From positions 576,001-640,000 of the forward strand of contig JBGASG010000001.1 in the NCBI GenBank assembly GCA_044229845.1: a DNA stretch of 64,000 nucleotides. The letters run 5' to 3'. The DNA is from Candidatus Obscuribacteraceae bacterium (GTDB lineage Bacteria; Cyanobacteriota; Vampirovibrionia; Obscuribacterales; Obscuribacteraceae). The notes under the pieces are model-generated. The model worked only from the letters and a program-made list of their open reading frames with translations, made no database searches and had not been told where the DNA came from. Each line of letters begins with the position of its first letter. Within the stretch, counting starts at the first letter, position 1. The translations under genes were made by a program, and so were the position numbers. Positions 54,630-63,690 of this stretch are shown here, one piece after another.

Positions 54630-55733
54630 TTACATGGCGCCGCTGGAGACTGCCACCGACGCCGGAGCATCCAGTTGCAGGGTGAGCGTTGTGCCGGAGC
54701 CGACGTTCACTTCCTTGCCTTTGCGTACCAGCAGGCTGTTGGCAGCGCCTAAACCGGCGCCGATCGCCAGTCCGGCCCAGGCACCGCGACCGGCGCCTCT
54801 GCCACCGCCGGCGATGCCGCCCACGGCTGTGCCAAGCAACGCGCCGCCACCGGCACCGACTGCGCTTTGCAAAAGCACGTTCTTGACTTTGCCGGATGTC
54901 GACTCGCCCTTCAGGATATCTGTGGAATCTGTGCCGACATCTTCATAGCCGGCGACCTTGCCGGAGATGTGAGCGGTGATCGGAATTTCAATGCCGTCCG
55001 GCGTGCGCAGGCGGGTGAATTTCATGCCTAGCATGCCGCTCTTGGCCAGCCGCGCGCCGCTTTTCGACTCAGTTACTTGACCGAGAACGGCCGAGCCGGC
55101 GGGGATCATGGTATCGCCGAGGTTGACGTTTTCGGCGATACGGGCTTCGATTGGATCTCCTGTGCGAGCGCTGTCGCTGGAGACAGACCCGGTCAGCACC
55201 ACAGGCAGATTCATGCCTTGTGGAATGAAGACGGTGCGGCCCTGTCTGACGTAGGTATAGTTGCCCGCTTGCGTAGAGTCACTGCCGATGTTAGCGGCGG
55301 CGGCACCGGAAATTTGCGCGATGTAGTTGTCAATTGAAGCGCGATGCGAGAGGGCGCCTTTCAAGCCGGTGGCCCAGCGCTGCGCCAGCAGAGCCGGTGT
55401 GGTGCCGGCGGCTTTGGCGGCTGCGGCATCGACGGTGCCGACATAGAAGCCACCCATGGTTAAAACCGGTTGCCCTTTGACATAAACGATGCCGACTGAG
55501 GATGGCGAGTGATCTTTGGCCGCCACCAGGGCGTTATCGAGGTTCTTCTGCATGACATCGGCTCTGGCTGCCGGAGTCATGCTGCCGGCCCCGGTATTGA
55601 CGGTAAACACTGGTGCTCCCGCAACGCGCACAGAGGCTCCGGCGGCCATCACCGCAGGTGGTGCAAGGCTGATCAACTGAGTAGTTGTAATTGCCGCTAC
55701 CAGAATTGAAGACTTGAGGGATGCAGGTTTCAT
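54630..55733 (-). CDS. Secreted protein with TrbI/VirB10-like beta domain and glycine zipper
   Basis: ATG 55733 after GGAG; IPQG..L.V.L...VSS..A..GD.I.A, IPAGS.V.G.V; GAGGGALLGTAVG...GAWAGLAIGAGLG. Confidence 0.6.
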   Translation of the reverse strand: MKPASLKSSILVAAITTTQLISLAPPAVMAAGASVRVAGAPVFTVNTGAGSMTPAARADVMQKNLDNALVAAKDHSPSSVGIVYVKGQPVLTMGGFYVGTVDAAAAKAAGTTPALLAQRWATGLKGALSHRASIDNYIAQISGAAAANIGSDSTQAGNYTYVRQGRTVFIPQGMNLPVVLTGSVSSDSARTGDPIEARIAENVNLGDTMIPAGSAVLGQVTESKSGARLAKSGMLGMKFTRLRTPDGIEIPITAHISGKVAGYEDVGTDSTDILKGESTSGKVKNVLLQSAVGAGGGALLGTAVGGIAGGGRGAGRGAWAGLAIGAGLGAANSLLVRKGKEVNVGSGTTLTLQLDAPASVAVSSGAM

Positions 55734-55911
55734 AAGTTTCTCCGAGACTAGGCGACGCATCGCATTACCGCCCGCAGCGTGCCAAACGCATGGGCTATGA
55801 ACCCCGAGACGCCCGCGACCCCTCCATGTTCCCAGACCGGGATTTGCAAGCCCTGCAGTACGTTACATGCGGCAGCAGAGATGCCAAGCCGAGCGCGCGC
55901 AACATATAAAT

Positions 55912-55946
55912 GTGAAACGGGACGAGCCACTGGCTCGTCCGTTCAC
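55912..55946 (-). terminator. Hairpin downstream of the second S41 protease gene
   Basis: GGACGAGCC-ACT-GGCTCGTCC core, extended by GTGAA/TTCAC; AT-rich run follows on the minus strand. Confidence 0.5.
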
Positions 55947-55988
55947 TTAGCTAAAACCTTTGATGCAGTATCTAAATACAGTTATCGC

Positions 55989-57218
55989 TTATTTCGCGCT
56001 ACCTGTCGAGCTGGCCATCGAGCGAGGCAGAGAGCTGGTCTTGAAGGGTTGCTTGGCGGAGGCGATCTTCTCTTTCAAGTAAGCAACTGCGACATTCTTT
56101 TGTTGTTCGCGATCGCTGACTTGGATATCAGGAAGGATGCCTTTCTTGTTGATGTCGGTTCCCGCTGGAGTGAGATAGCGAGAGACGGTGATATGCAGTG
56201 CCGCGCCACCAGGGAGACGATTGATCTCTTGAACCAGACCTTTGCCGTAGGTGCGAGTGCCGATGATGACACCGCGTGCGTTGTCTTGCAGAGCACCGGC
56301 CAAAATTTCGCTGGCGCTGGCGCTTTCTTCATCGACCAGAACTGCGATCGGCTGGTGAGTCATGGGCATGCCGGAGGCCATATCGGTGTTCTTGCCGTGG
56401 CGGCCGACGGTGCTGACGATGACGCCGTTTTCCAGAAGCATGTCGGCAATCTCGAGCGAGTTGGAGAGCAAGCCGCCCGGGTTGTCGCGCAGGTCGATGA
56501 TCAAGCCATCAGTCTTGTTCAGCTTTTCCAGTGCAGTGCGAAACTCGCGAGCCGCGTCATTAGAGATGAAGGTTGAAAGTTGGATGTAACCGATGTTGTG
56601 GTCGAGAATGCGATAGGAGACTGCATGAATGATGATCTCGGCGCGGGTAATTCTGATCATCTTCGGCTGAGCGAGACCAGCGCGTTTGACTGTGATGGTC
56701 ACCGGGCTGCCGGCTTTGCCTCTGATCTTTTCAGCGGCCTGTTCTGGTGTGTAACCAACGGCATTGAAGGTATCGATGCCGACGATCTCGTCACGCTCTT
56801 GCAGTCCCGACATAGCAGCCGGGCTGCCGTCGATGGTTTTGGTGATGATCAGTTTGTTGTCTTTCTGGAGAAGGTTGATGCCGATACCGACGATCTTCGC
56901 GTCGATCGCATCGTTCTCGTCTTTAAAAGCTTGAGGATCCAAGAAACGAGTGTAGGGATCTTTGAGGCTGTCCAACATCGCTTTGATGGCTTTGTGAGAG
57001 TCGTCGACGGTTCTCAGGTCGCCGTCGTACTTGTGCTCCCACGCCGACCAGGCTTGTCCATTGAAGGACGAATCAAAATAGTTATCGCGTACCAACTGCC
57101 ATGCTTGATGGTAAATCTCTTTCGGCAACGAGCGATAACCTTCAGCAGGTTGCTGGTAGACGAGAGTGAGTAAAGCAAAAAGGGCCAGCAAGCACGGCCC
57201 GAGGCGCTTGGTGAACAT
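55989..57218 (-). CDS. S41 carboxyl-terminal processing protease (CtpA-like), second paralog
   Basis: AWQLVRDNYFDSSFNGQAW, DPYTRFL, GIGI, IGYIQL, DLRDNPGGLL, SASASEI, YGKG. Confidence 0.92.
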   Translation of the reverse strand: MFTKRLGPCLLALFALLTLVYQQPAEGYRSLPKEIYHQAWQLVRDNYFDSSFNGQAWSAWEHKYDGDLRTVDDSHKAIKAMLDSLKDPYTRFLDPQAFKDENDAIDAKIVGIGINLLQKDNKLIITKTIDGSPAAMSGLQERDEIVGIDTFNAVGYTPEQAAEKIRGKAGSPVTITVKRAGLAQPKMIRITRAEIIIHAVSYRILDHNIGYIQLSTFISNDAAREFRTALEKLNKTDGLIIDLRDNPGGLLSNSLEIADMLLENGVIVSTVGRHGKNTDMASGMPMTHQPIAVLVDEESASASEILAGALQDNARGVIIGTRTYGKGLVQEINRLPGGAALHITVSRYLTPAGTDINKKGILPDIQVSDREQQKNVAVAYLKEKIASAKQPFKTSSLPRSMASSTGSAK

Positions 57219-57412
57219 TGGCGACTACCTGGTTTCGATGAGTACAAGCCGCTTTCCCCAGCCGGAATCAGTTGCCAGCGAGGAAAGTCGTTTCTGTACT
57301 TGTGTTATGCCCGCTTTGGGTCGATCTTCACTTCTCGAACATTAATTGTCCCGCTTGACTGCCGGTTTCAGCACCTGGCGACCGCGAGGCAAATGGCTGG
57401 AGGAAACCGCTT

Positions 57413-59023
57413 CTATGTGGACAAAACTGGCGCGACTTGGACGTTCTGGCGTCTAGTGACGGCACCACTTCCGGGCAGCCCGTACTCGCTCCAGCGCCTG
57501 GAAACCCGCTCTTTGACGTCTTCGGACATGATAATTTCCTCCGGCCACTCGCGCGGATAACCTTCCGATTTCCACTTGCGTGTGGCATCAATGCCAATTT
57601 TGGAGCCGTAGCCGAAGCTGGCTGAGGAGTGATCGAGAATGTCCAGTGGTCCGTCCACCATCATCGTATCCCGGCGTGGATCGACGTTTCCGAACACATG
57701 CAGGGCGACTTCCGACATGTCGTGCACGTTCACATGCTTGTCCACGATGATGCAAAACTTGGTGAACATCATCTGACCCAGACCCCAAACGGCGCTCATT
57801 ACTTTGCGAGCGTGTCCGGGATAACGCTTGTCGATGGCGATAATCGCGCAATTATGGAAGACACCTTCCCAGGGCAGGTTCATGTCCACTATTTCTGAAA
57901 CCAGCGTCTGCAGCATCGGCAGGAAGATCCGCTCGGTGGCCTTACCCAGGTAGCAGTCTTCTTGAGGTGGTTTCCCAACGATGGTGGTCTGATAGATGGG
58001 ATTCTTTCTATGGGTGACCGCGGTCACGTGGAAAACCGGAAACAGCCCGGCCGGGCTGTAGAAACCGGTGTGGTCGCCAAATGGCCCCTCTGTGCGCAAC
58101 TCTGATTGATCTACATATCCTTCAATGATGATCTCAGCATTTGCCGGCACCTCCAGATCGACCGTCACACACTTGGTCAGGCGCACCGGGCTGGATCGCA
58201 AGAAACCGGCAAACACCAATTCGTCAATTTCGGGCGGCAGTGGCGCGGTGGCGGCATAAGTGACGGCCGGGTCGCAGCCCAGTGCGACGGCTACTTCCAG
58301 CTTGCGTCCTGGTTTGGAGGTCGGTGCGGAGGCTTCAAAAGTTCCGTAATTAGGTGGTTCTTGTTTGCCGTTGGAGTTCGTCTCAGTTTCCTGCCGGCGG
58401 TTCTCCTCGAAGTTTCTTGCACCATCGTGGTGCTTATGCCAGTGCATGCCGGTTTCGTTGTTGCTGAACTGCTGTAAACGGTAGACACCAAGATTGCGTA
58501 TTCCTGTTTTCGGGTCGCGCGTTATCACCACCGGTAGTGTGATGAAAACGCCGGCGTCCTCCGGCCAGCATTTGATGATCGGCAGTTTGTCCAGCATGGC
58601 TTGCGACGGATCTTTAATCACGACTTCCTGGCAGGGAGCCGCCATGTGACTGAGTTTGGGCGGAAATGATCCGACCTGCAAAAGTTTCGGCACCATGGCC
58701 AATTTTTCGGAGAGTGACTCGGGCATCTTCGGTTTGATCAGTTCGCGGATGCGGTCGGCGATGTCGTCGAGCGATTCGGTTTCGAGCGCCAGACACATGC
58801 GCTTCATACTGCCGAAGGCGTTGATCAAGACCGGCATATCGAAGCCTTTGACGTTTTCGAACAACAACGCTTTGTTGTGAGCGGCTTGTGGCCCGGTCAT
58901 TTTGCTTATGCGATCCGTGATCTCGGCGATCTCCAGATCGACAGAAACCGGCGCTTTGATGCGCACCAGTTCTCCGTTGTCCTCGAGCACCTTAACGAAG
59001 GCACGCAGGTCCGTGTAAGCCAT
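57413..59023 (-). CDS. UbiD-family decarboxylase (menaquinone biosynthesis type)
   Basis: DLRAF...LE..GEL, ALLFENV, NLGVYR, MHWHKHHDG, EGPFGDHTGFY, GKPPQED, LDHS, KIGIDAT. Confidence 0.9.
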   Translation of the reverse strand: MAYTDLRAFVKVLEDNGELVRIKAPVSVDLEIAEITDRISKMTGPQAAHNKALLFENVKGFDMPVLINAFGSMKRMCLALETESLDDIADRIRELIKPKMPESLSEKLAMVPKLLQVGSFPPKLSHMAAPCQEVVIKDPSQAMLDKLPIIKCWPEDAGVFITLPVVITRDPKTGIRNLGVYRLQQFSNNETGMHWHKHHDGARNFEENRRQETETNSNGKQEPPNYGTFEASAPTSKPGRKLEVAVALGCDPAVTYAATAPLPPEIDELVFAGFLRSSPVRLTKCVTVDLEVPANAEIIIEGYVDQSELRTEGPFGDHTGFYSPAGLFPVFHVTAVTHRKNPIYQTTIVGKPPQEDCYLGKATERIFLPMLQTLVSEIVDMNLPWEGVFHNCAIIAIDKRYPGHARKVMSAVWGLGQMMFTKFCIIVDKHVNVHDMSEVALHVFGNVDPRRDTMMVDGPLDILDHSSASFGYGSKIGIDATRKWKSEGYPREWPEEIIMSEDVKERVSRRWSEYGLPGSGAVTRRQNVQVAPVLST

Positions 59024-59138
59024 TTCTCACTCTCCGCGAATCAATGCATCTTCAAAACGCATCGGCTGAGCATGGTATCCGATTGCAGCGTCGGCTGCCG
59101 CGGATGCCAACTAATGTTATTGCCTGAGCGTGGCTGTC

Positions 59139-59939
59139 TTAAGGACTGGTGCGGGTGTACTGGCGCACGTAGAGGTTGGTGCCGTAGGGGCTGAGACCGA
59201 AGCCGTTCTTGTTAAGCGGCGATGCCATCAGAGCGGTCAAGTTGGTTGCCGATTCACGATAGGCGTCCAATTCGGCTTGCGCCTGTTTGCGATAGCAGTT
59301 GGCGCGGTAGTTGGCTTCCTGGACGGCTGTGCGCGAGCGCTTTTCGGCTTCCCTTCGAATCGTATCGCTGAGCGCTTGCGCTCCCGGTCCGCATCGAAAA
59401 CGGGGCATGCTGTTGATCTCGGCGTCCGCCTGGGCGTTGATGCGCATCGCCAGCTGGCGTCCTTCTTCGACCATATTGTTGGCCATCTTACTGGCGATCT
59501 GTTGCTTGATTTTTTGCTGGGCATCCAGCTGGACAGCTACTCTCGCGCGCAGCTTGTTGGCGTGTATGGTCGCTTTGGCGTAATAGTCTTTCGTCAGTTC
59601 GCAAGTCTCGTAGGCGTTGATCGCCTGGTCGCAGTACTCTTGCAGTTGCGGGTGGCTGTTCAGGCTTTTAGCAGTTTCATACTGAGTGACGGCTTGCCGA
59701 GTCAGACCCTGGCGGGCCAGACAGTTGCCCAGGTAGTAGTGGGCGAAAGAATCCCAGGGTTGTTCCGAGACGGCATCTTCGAAACTGGCGCGGGCGGCGG
59801 CGATTTTTCCCTGCCGGTACTGCTGGACGCCGCGCTTGAATGACTGCGAGGTGGCCCAGACGGGCATGGCGGCGGTGACCGCCAGAATCACTGCGAGGGT
59901 TGCGCTCAGAGCCAGACCTGCTGGCAGTTTGAAACTCAT
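59139..59939 (-). CDS. Secreted protein with N-terminal TPR and coiled coil
   Basis: Signal peptide; AHYYLGNCL TPR; helical C-terminal half ending GTNLYVRQY. Confidence 0.75.
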   Translation of the reverse strand: MSFKLPAGLALSATLAVILAVTAAMPVWATSQSFKRGVQQYRQGKIAAARASFEDAVSEQPWDSFAHYYLGNCLARQGLTRQAVTQYETAKSLNSHPQLQEYCDQAINAYETCELTKDYYAKATIHANKLRARVAVQLDAQQKIKQQIASKMANNMVEEGRQLAMRINAQADAEINSMPRFRCGPGAQALSDTIRREAEKRSRTAVQEANYRANCYRKQAQAELDAYRESATNLTALMASPLNKNGFGLSPYGTNLYVRQYTRTSP

Positions 59940-60251
59940 GTGTTTCTGTTACCCGACGGACTGAAGTCTCATATATTAACGGTTTCAAAGAGAAAACTCT
60001 AGTAACTGTATTACAAAACGCAGCACTGGCGGCGACTTTTCAACCGGGTTCAGTCGCCACCCGGCGGCCCGGTCCGCAAAGCATGCTGGCGATCACAAAG
60101 CCATTACAAGCGGCTGTGCGTCAAGGTCCGGGAGCCTGGCACCATATGTGGTGCCAGAGTCATGAACGAACTTTCGTCGCTCGCACGCACTGTGATTAAG
60201 CGAAACCCTCACTGCGAGGCGCCCCAGGCGCGCACCGCCAGGCAGAAAAAA

Positions 60252-60300
60252 GCAGCACAGCGCGGTAAAATGGGCGCCTGGTTTTACCGCGTTGCGTTGT
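60252..60300 (+). promoter_or_regulatory. Long stem-loop immediately 5' of the RBS of the repeat-protein gene
   Basis: CGCGGTAAAA (60261-70) pairs with TTTTACCGCG (60282-91) and extends outward with G-U pairs. Confidence 0.45.
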
Positions 60301-60312
60301 GGAGAGGAAATT

Positions 60313-63138
60313 ATGAGAGCCGGAAGCGTTATCAAGTTTCGGAGATCCTTGACCGTTGCCCTTTTGGCCAGCCTTGCGGTTGTCAGTTTCCCGACGCATG
60401 CGCAAGCGGTTGACATCCAGAATATTCTGATCACGCTTGCCGACGTCGACGCGCGCGAAGCCCAGCTGGAGAAACGCATCGCCGATGCGCTCAGCTCCGG
60501 GCGTCTGACCGCCACGGAAGCCGGCGGCTTCAAACGCGAACTGGACCGCATTCAAGAAAATGAAGCCAGCTATCGTGCCACCAACGGATTGAGCACGTGG
60601 GAGTTGCTCAGGCTGACGCTTGACCTGGATACTCTGAGCAAATCTCTGGAAGGGCAGATGCGTGACCGCCAGGTCGCATCCCGTGATGTATCCGCCCGCA
60701 TGCAGGATATTGACCGCCGCGTCAAAGAAGGACAGACGACGCGCCGTCTCTCCGATGCGGAAGTGGAACAGCTGCGGCGAGAACTGAGTCGTATCTCCGG
60801 CATTGAGACGCAATTCCGTGCGGACGGTCAACTTTCAGCCGATGAGGCGCTGTCGCTTTCGCTGGACCTGGACCGATTAAGCGCCCGCCTGGAAAGACAG
60901 CTGTCCGACCGTGACACCACTATTCCCGATCTGGACAACCGGTTGGTGGAAGTCACCAAGTCGGTCGACGATGGTGTGGCATCCGGCAAGCTGACGGCAT
61001 CGCAGTCCGCCGAGTTCAAGACCGAGCTTGCGCGTCTGCAGTCACTCAAAAAAATGTATCAGGAAAGCGGCGGCGTGCTGACCATGGAAGAAGCACTACA
61101 GGTGGGGCTCGATCTCGATCGTCTGGCGTCGCGGATCGAACTGATTATGACGCCGCCACTGGTGGCAACAGACGTCGATGCCAGACAAGCCGATCTCGAT
61201 CACCGCATCGCCAACGGTATCACGCTGGGACGCCTGACTCCGCAAGAGGCAGTCGAACTGCAAAAGGAATTCGATCGCATCGCCACTCTGGAAGCGACAT
61301 TGAGAGCTTCCGGCAATCAGCTCACTTACGAGGAGAGCGTCACATTATCTCTCGATCTGGAAAGACTGGCTTCCAGAATCGAGCGGGCGTTGCACGAACC
61401 GAACCAGTCCTGGATGGGAACCTCCAGCATGCAAGCAGCGTTGTCCCGGCGCATTTCCGAAGCGCAGTCCGCAGGCCGTTTGACCCAGCAGGAGGCAGCC
61501 GATCTGCGCCGCGAGTTCGAGCGCCTGGCTGCCGTTGAGGCTGCGCAGCGCAGTTCGGCAGATGGACTGACCACCAATGAAGCACTGCTTATGGCGATCG
61601 ACTTTTCCAGACTCTCATCCAAGATAGATCGCACCTTGCACGACCGCGATATTTCAGTGCCGCCTTTCGATACCCGCCAGTCCGAAGTCGACAAGCGAAT
61701 CGCCGAAGGTGTCTCCACCGGCAAACTGACGCCGGGGCAGGCGCGCGATTTGAAATCTGAATTCGACAGAATCGCAGCGGTCGAGGCATCGTATCTGGTA
61801 TCGGATAGCCGTTTGGACAGCCGCGAGTTGCTGCAGTTGTCTTACGACCTTGAAAAGCTGGCCGCACTGTCCGAGCGCATGATCAAAGACAGCCAGACCA
61901 CCGAAGGGCTGCCTGCTCTGCGCACTAAAGTCGAGCAATCAATCACCGGCGGTTACGCCAGTGGTGCTCTGTCGCCGACCGATCGCTCCAACTTTATGAG
62001 TGAATACGAGCGCATCAAGAATGCCGAGCAAACTTATCGCTCGTCCGGTGACATGCTCTCCACAGATGAAGCTCTGATTCTGGTTGCCGACCTCAATAAG
62101 CTGTTCACGCAGGTGGAGGCGGAAGCCAAACAAAATGTAGTCGCTCTGCCCAATCTGGAAAAGCGGCGTAGCGAACTGGAAGACCGGATCAACAAGGGAC
62201 TGACCACCGGCTATTTGACGGTGAATGAGGCTCGCATGCTGCGCGCCGACCTGGACCGCATCGCCGCTGAAGAAGAAAAAGATCGGCGTTCGGACGGCGG
62301 ATTGAGTTATGGTGAGTCGATCGACCTGGCCCTGCAACTGGAGCGGCTGGCGAGCCGCATCGAGCGCCAGATGCGCGATCAACAGATTGCCCTGCCCAAT
62401 ATCGACAATCGCCTCCATGCATTGGAGATGCAGATTGCGGCGGCGCTGGTATCGGGGCGGCTGACCTCGCAGGAAGCACAAACGCTGCGAGTCGGGCTGG
62501 ATGAGGTGATAACTCTGGCGTCGCGCTACAAGCAGAGCGGCGGCGGATTAAGTTATGCAGAGACGGTCGCTCTCACGGGTGATATCGATCGTCTCAGCCG
62601 CGACATTCAGCGTTCACTGCAGAGCAAGCAGTCGACCGGCGAAGATCTGGACAGCCGCCAGGCAAATCTGGAGAAACGTATAAATGATGGGCTGAAGTCG
62701 CGGCGCATCAACATCGCCACTGCTCGCGACCTTCTAAGCGATCTCGATCGTGTTGCGGAGAGCGAAGCCTCTTTTCGCATTTCGGATGAGGGCATCGATT
62801 ATATGGAAGCCTTGACCCTCTCCCTCGACCTCGATCGGGTGCAGACGAAAATCGATCGAGCGCTGGTTGGCGCCTCCAACTTGCCTGCCGGCGGACCCGG
62901 CATAGACGCCCGCAAGTCACATCTGTCCCGCAGGTTGCGTACCGGTATCGAGACGGGACGAATCTCGGCCCGCGAGGCAGCCAGTCTGGATGCGGAATTG
63001 AAGCGGATCGACCGCCTGCAAGCCTCCTACCTGGCTAAGGGCAAGCTCACCTCGGCGGACATTTCGTCTCTTTCGGCGGAGCTGGATCGTTTGAGCGCCA
63101 GGATTGAGCAACAGTTCGTCTACCGGACTGCAAGATAA
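60313..63138 (+). CDS. Secreted protein of 11 tandem ~80-aa helical repeats
   Basis: GGAGAGG RBS, ATG 60313, signal peptide ending AQA; consensus D.R...L..RI..G...G.LT..EA..L..E.DRI...E..YR.S...L...E.L.L..DLDRL. Confidence 0.8.
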   Translation: MRAGSVIKFRRSLTVALLASLAVVSFPTHAQAVDIQNILITLADVDAREAQLEKRIADALSSGRLTATEAGGFKRELDRIQENEASYRATNGLSTWELLRLTLDLDTLSKSLEGQMRDRQVASRDVSARMQDIDRRVKEGQTTRRLSDAEVEQLRRELSRISGIETQFRADGQLSADEALSLSLDLDRLSARLERQLSDRDTTIPDLDNRLVEVTKSVDDGVASGKLTASQSAEFKTELARLQSLKKMYQESGGVLTMEEALQVGLDLDRLASRIELIMTPPLVATDVDARQADLDHRIANGITLGRLTPQEAVELQKEFDRIATLEATLRASGNQLTYEESVTLSLDLERLASRIERALHEPNQSWMGTSSMQAALSRRISEAQSAGRLTQQEAADLRREFERLAAVEAAQRSSADGLTTNEALLMAIDFSRLSSKIDRTLHDRDISVPPFDTRQSEVDKRIAEGVSTGKLTPGQARDLKSEFDRIAAVEASYLVSDSRLDSRELLQLSYDLEKLAALSERMIKDSQTTEGLPALRTKVEQSITGGYASGALSPTDRSNFMSEYERIKNAEQTYRSSGDMLSTDEALILVADLNKLFTQVEAEAKQNVVALPNLEKRRSELEDRINKGLTTGYLTVNEARMLRADLDRIAAEEEKDRRSDGGLSYGESIDLALQLERLASRIERQMRDQQIALPNIDNRLHALEMQIAAALVSGRLTSQEAQTLRVGLDEVITLASRYKQSGGGLSYAETVALTGDIDRLSRDIQRSLQSKQSTGEDLDSRQANLEKRINDGLKSRRINIATARDLLSDLDRVAESEASFRISDEGIDYMEALTLSLDLDRVQTKIDRALVGASNLPAGGPGIDARKSHLSRRLRTGIETGRISAREAASLDAELKRIDRLQASYLAKGKLTSADISSLSAELDRLSARIEQQFVYRTAR

Positions 63139-63360
63139 AATATACTGACATCTCTCTCGACGCGAAAATTCTGTAAATGCTGCGCCTGCTTAGAATGCAG
63201 GCTATGAGAGACGTGCGGACGGCAAAAATTTGCGCCGAATCGTGCTTTTTTTTCTTCCGTATCCCGCATAGAATAAGGATGATCACAAAACCGTCACTTT
63301 TGTCGCCGGGGTGCTTGAAAACCCCAAAAATATGGATCCCCTTGCAACGGTTTCAGCGAG

Positions 63361-63690
63361 ATGCACAAAGAATTGAGAGAAAAACCTGCCGATGCCGATC
63401 CGCTCCTCGCCGGTGTAAGCCGTGCGATTCAAGAGCGTCGGGAAGAAATCGGACTTTCGCAAGAAGAGGTCGCCCACAGAGCGGGGCTGCACCGTACCTA
63501 TATAAGTGATATCGAACGCGGCGCGCGTAACCCATCGTTGAAAACGCTGTCTCGCCTGTCAGAGGCGCTTGAAGTGCCCACTTCAACCTTGATCAGACGT
63601 GGCGAAGACCGCATGCCTACGGTTCTGCGTCCGGCAGCTGCTGCACAGGCGTCTGCCGCTCCGGCTCCACAACTCAGCGATGCCGGTTAA
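63361..63690 (+). CDS. XRE-family HTH transcriptional regulator
   Basis: RREEIGLSQEEVAHRAGLHRTYISDIERGARNPSL. Confidence 0.88.
   Translation: MHKELREKPADADPLLAGVSRAIQERREEIGLSQEEVAHRAGLHRTYISDIERGARNPSLKTLSRLSEALEVPTSTLIRRGEDRMPTVLRPAAAAQASAAPAPQLSDAG

Noticed and set aside
57280..57290. GAGGAAAGTC resembling the RNase P RNA conserved motif
   Set aside because: Not followed by CGGGC, no 3' AACAGAA...GGCTTA partner, and the gap (~190 bp) is too short.
60002..60014. GTA-N7-TAC considered as an NtcA site
   Set aside because: NtcA sites are GTA-N8-TAC; the spacing is wrong.
60060..60135. CGCAAAGC and GTCAAGGTCCGG resembling c-di-GMP-I riboswitch or SRP RNA fragments
   Set aside because: The other required elements (GGCAAACC/GNRA-receptor; GGAAGGAAGCAGC) are absent.
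63177..63509. 110-aa ORF overlapping the XRE gene
   Set aside because: Different frame over a well-supported gene, no motif, no RBS.
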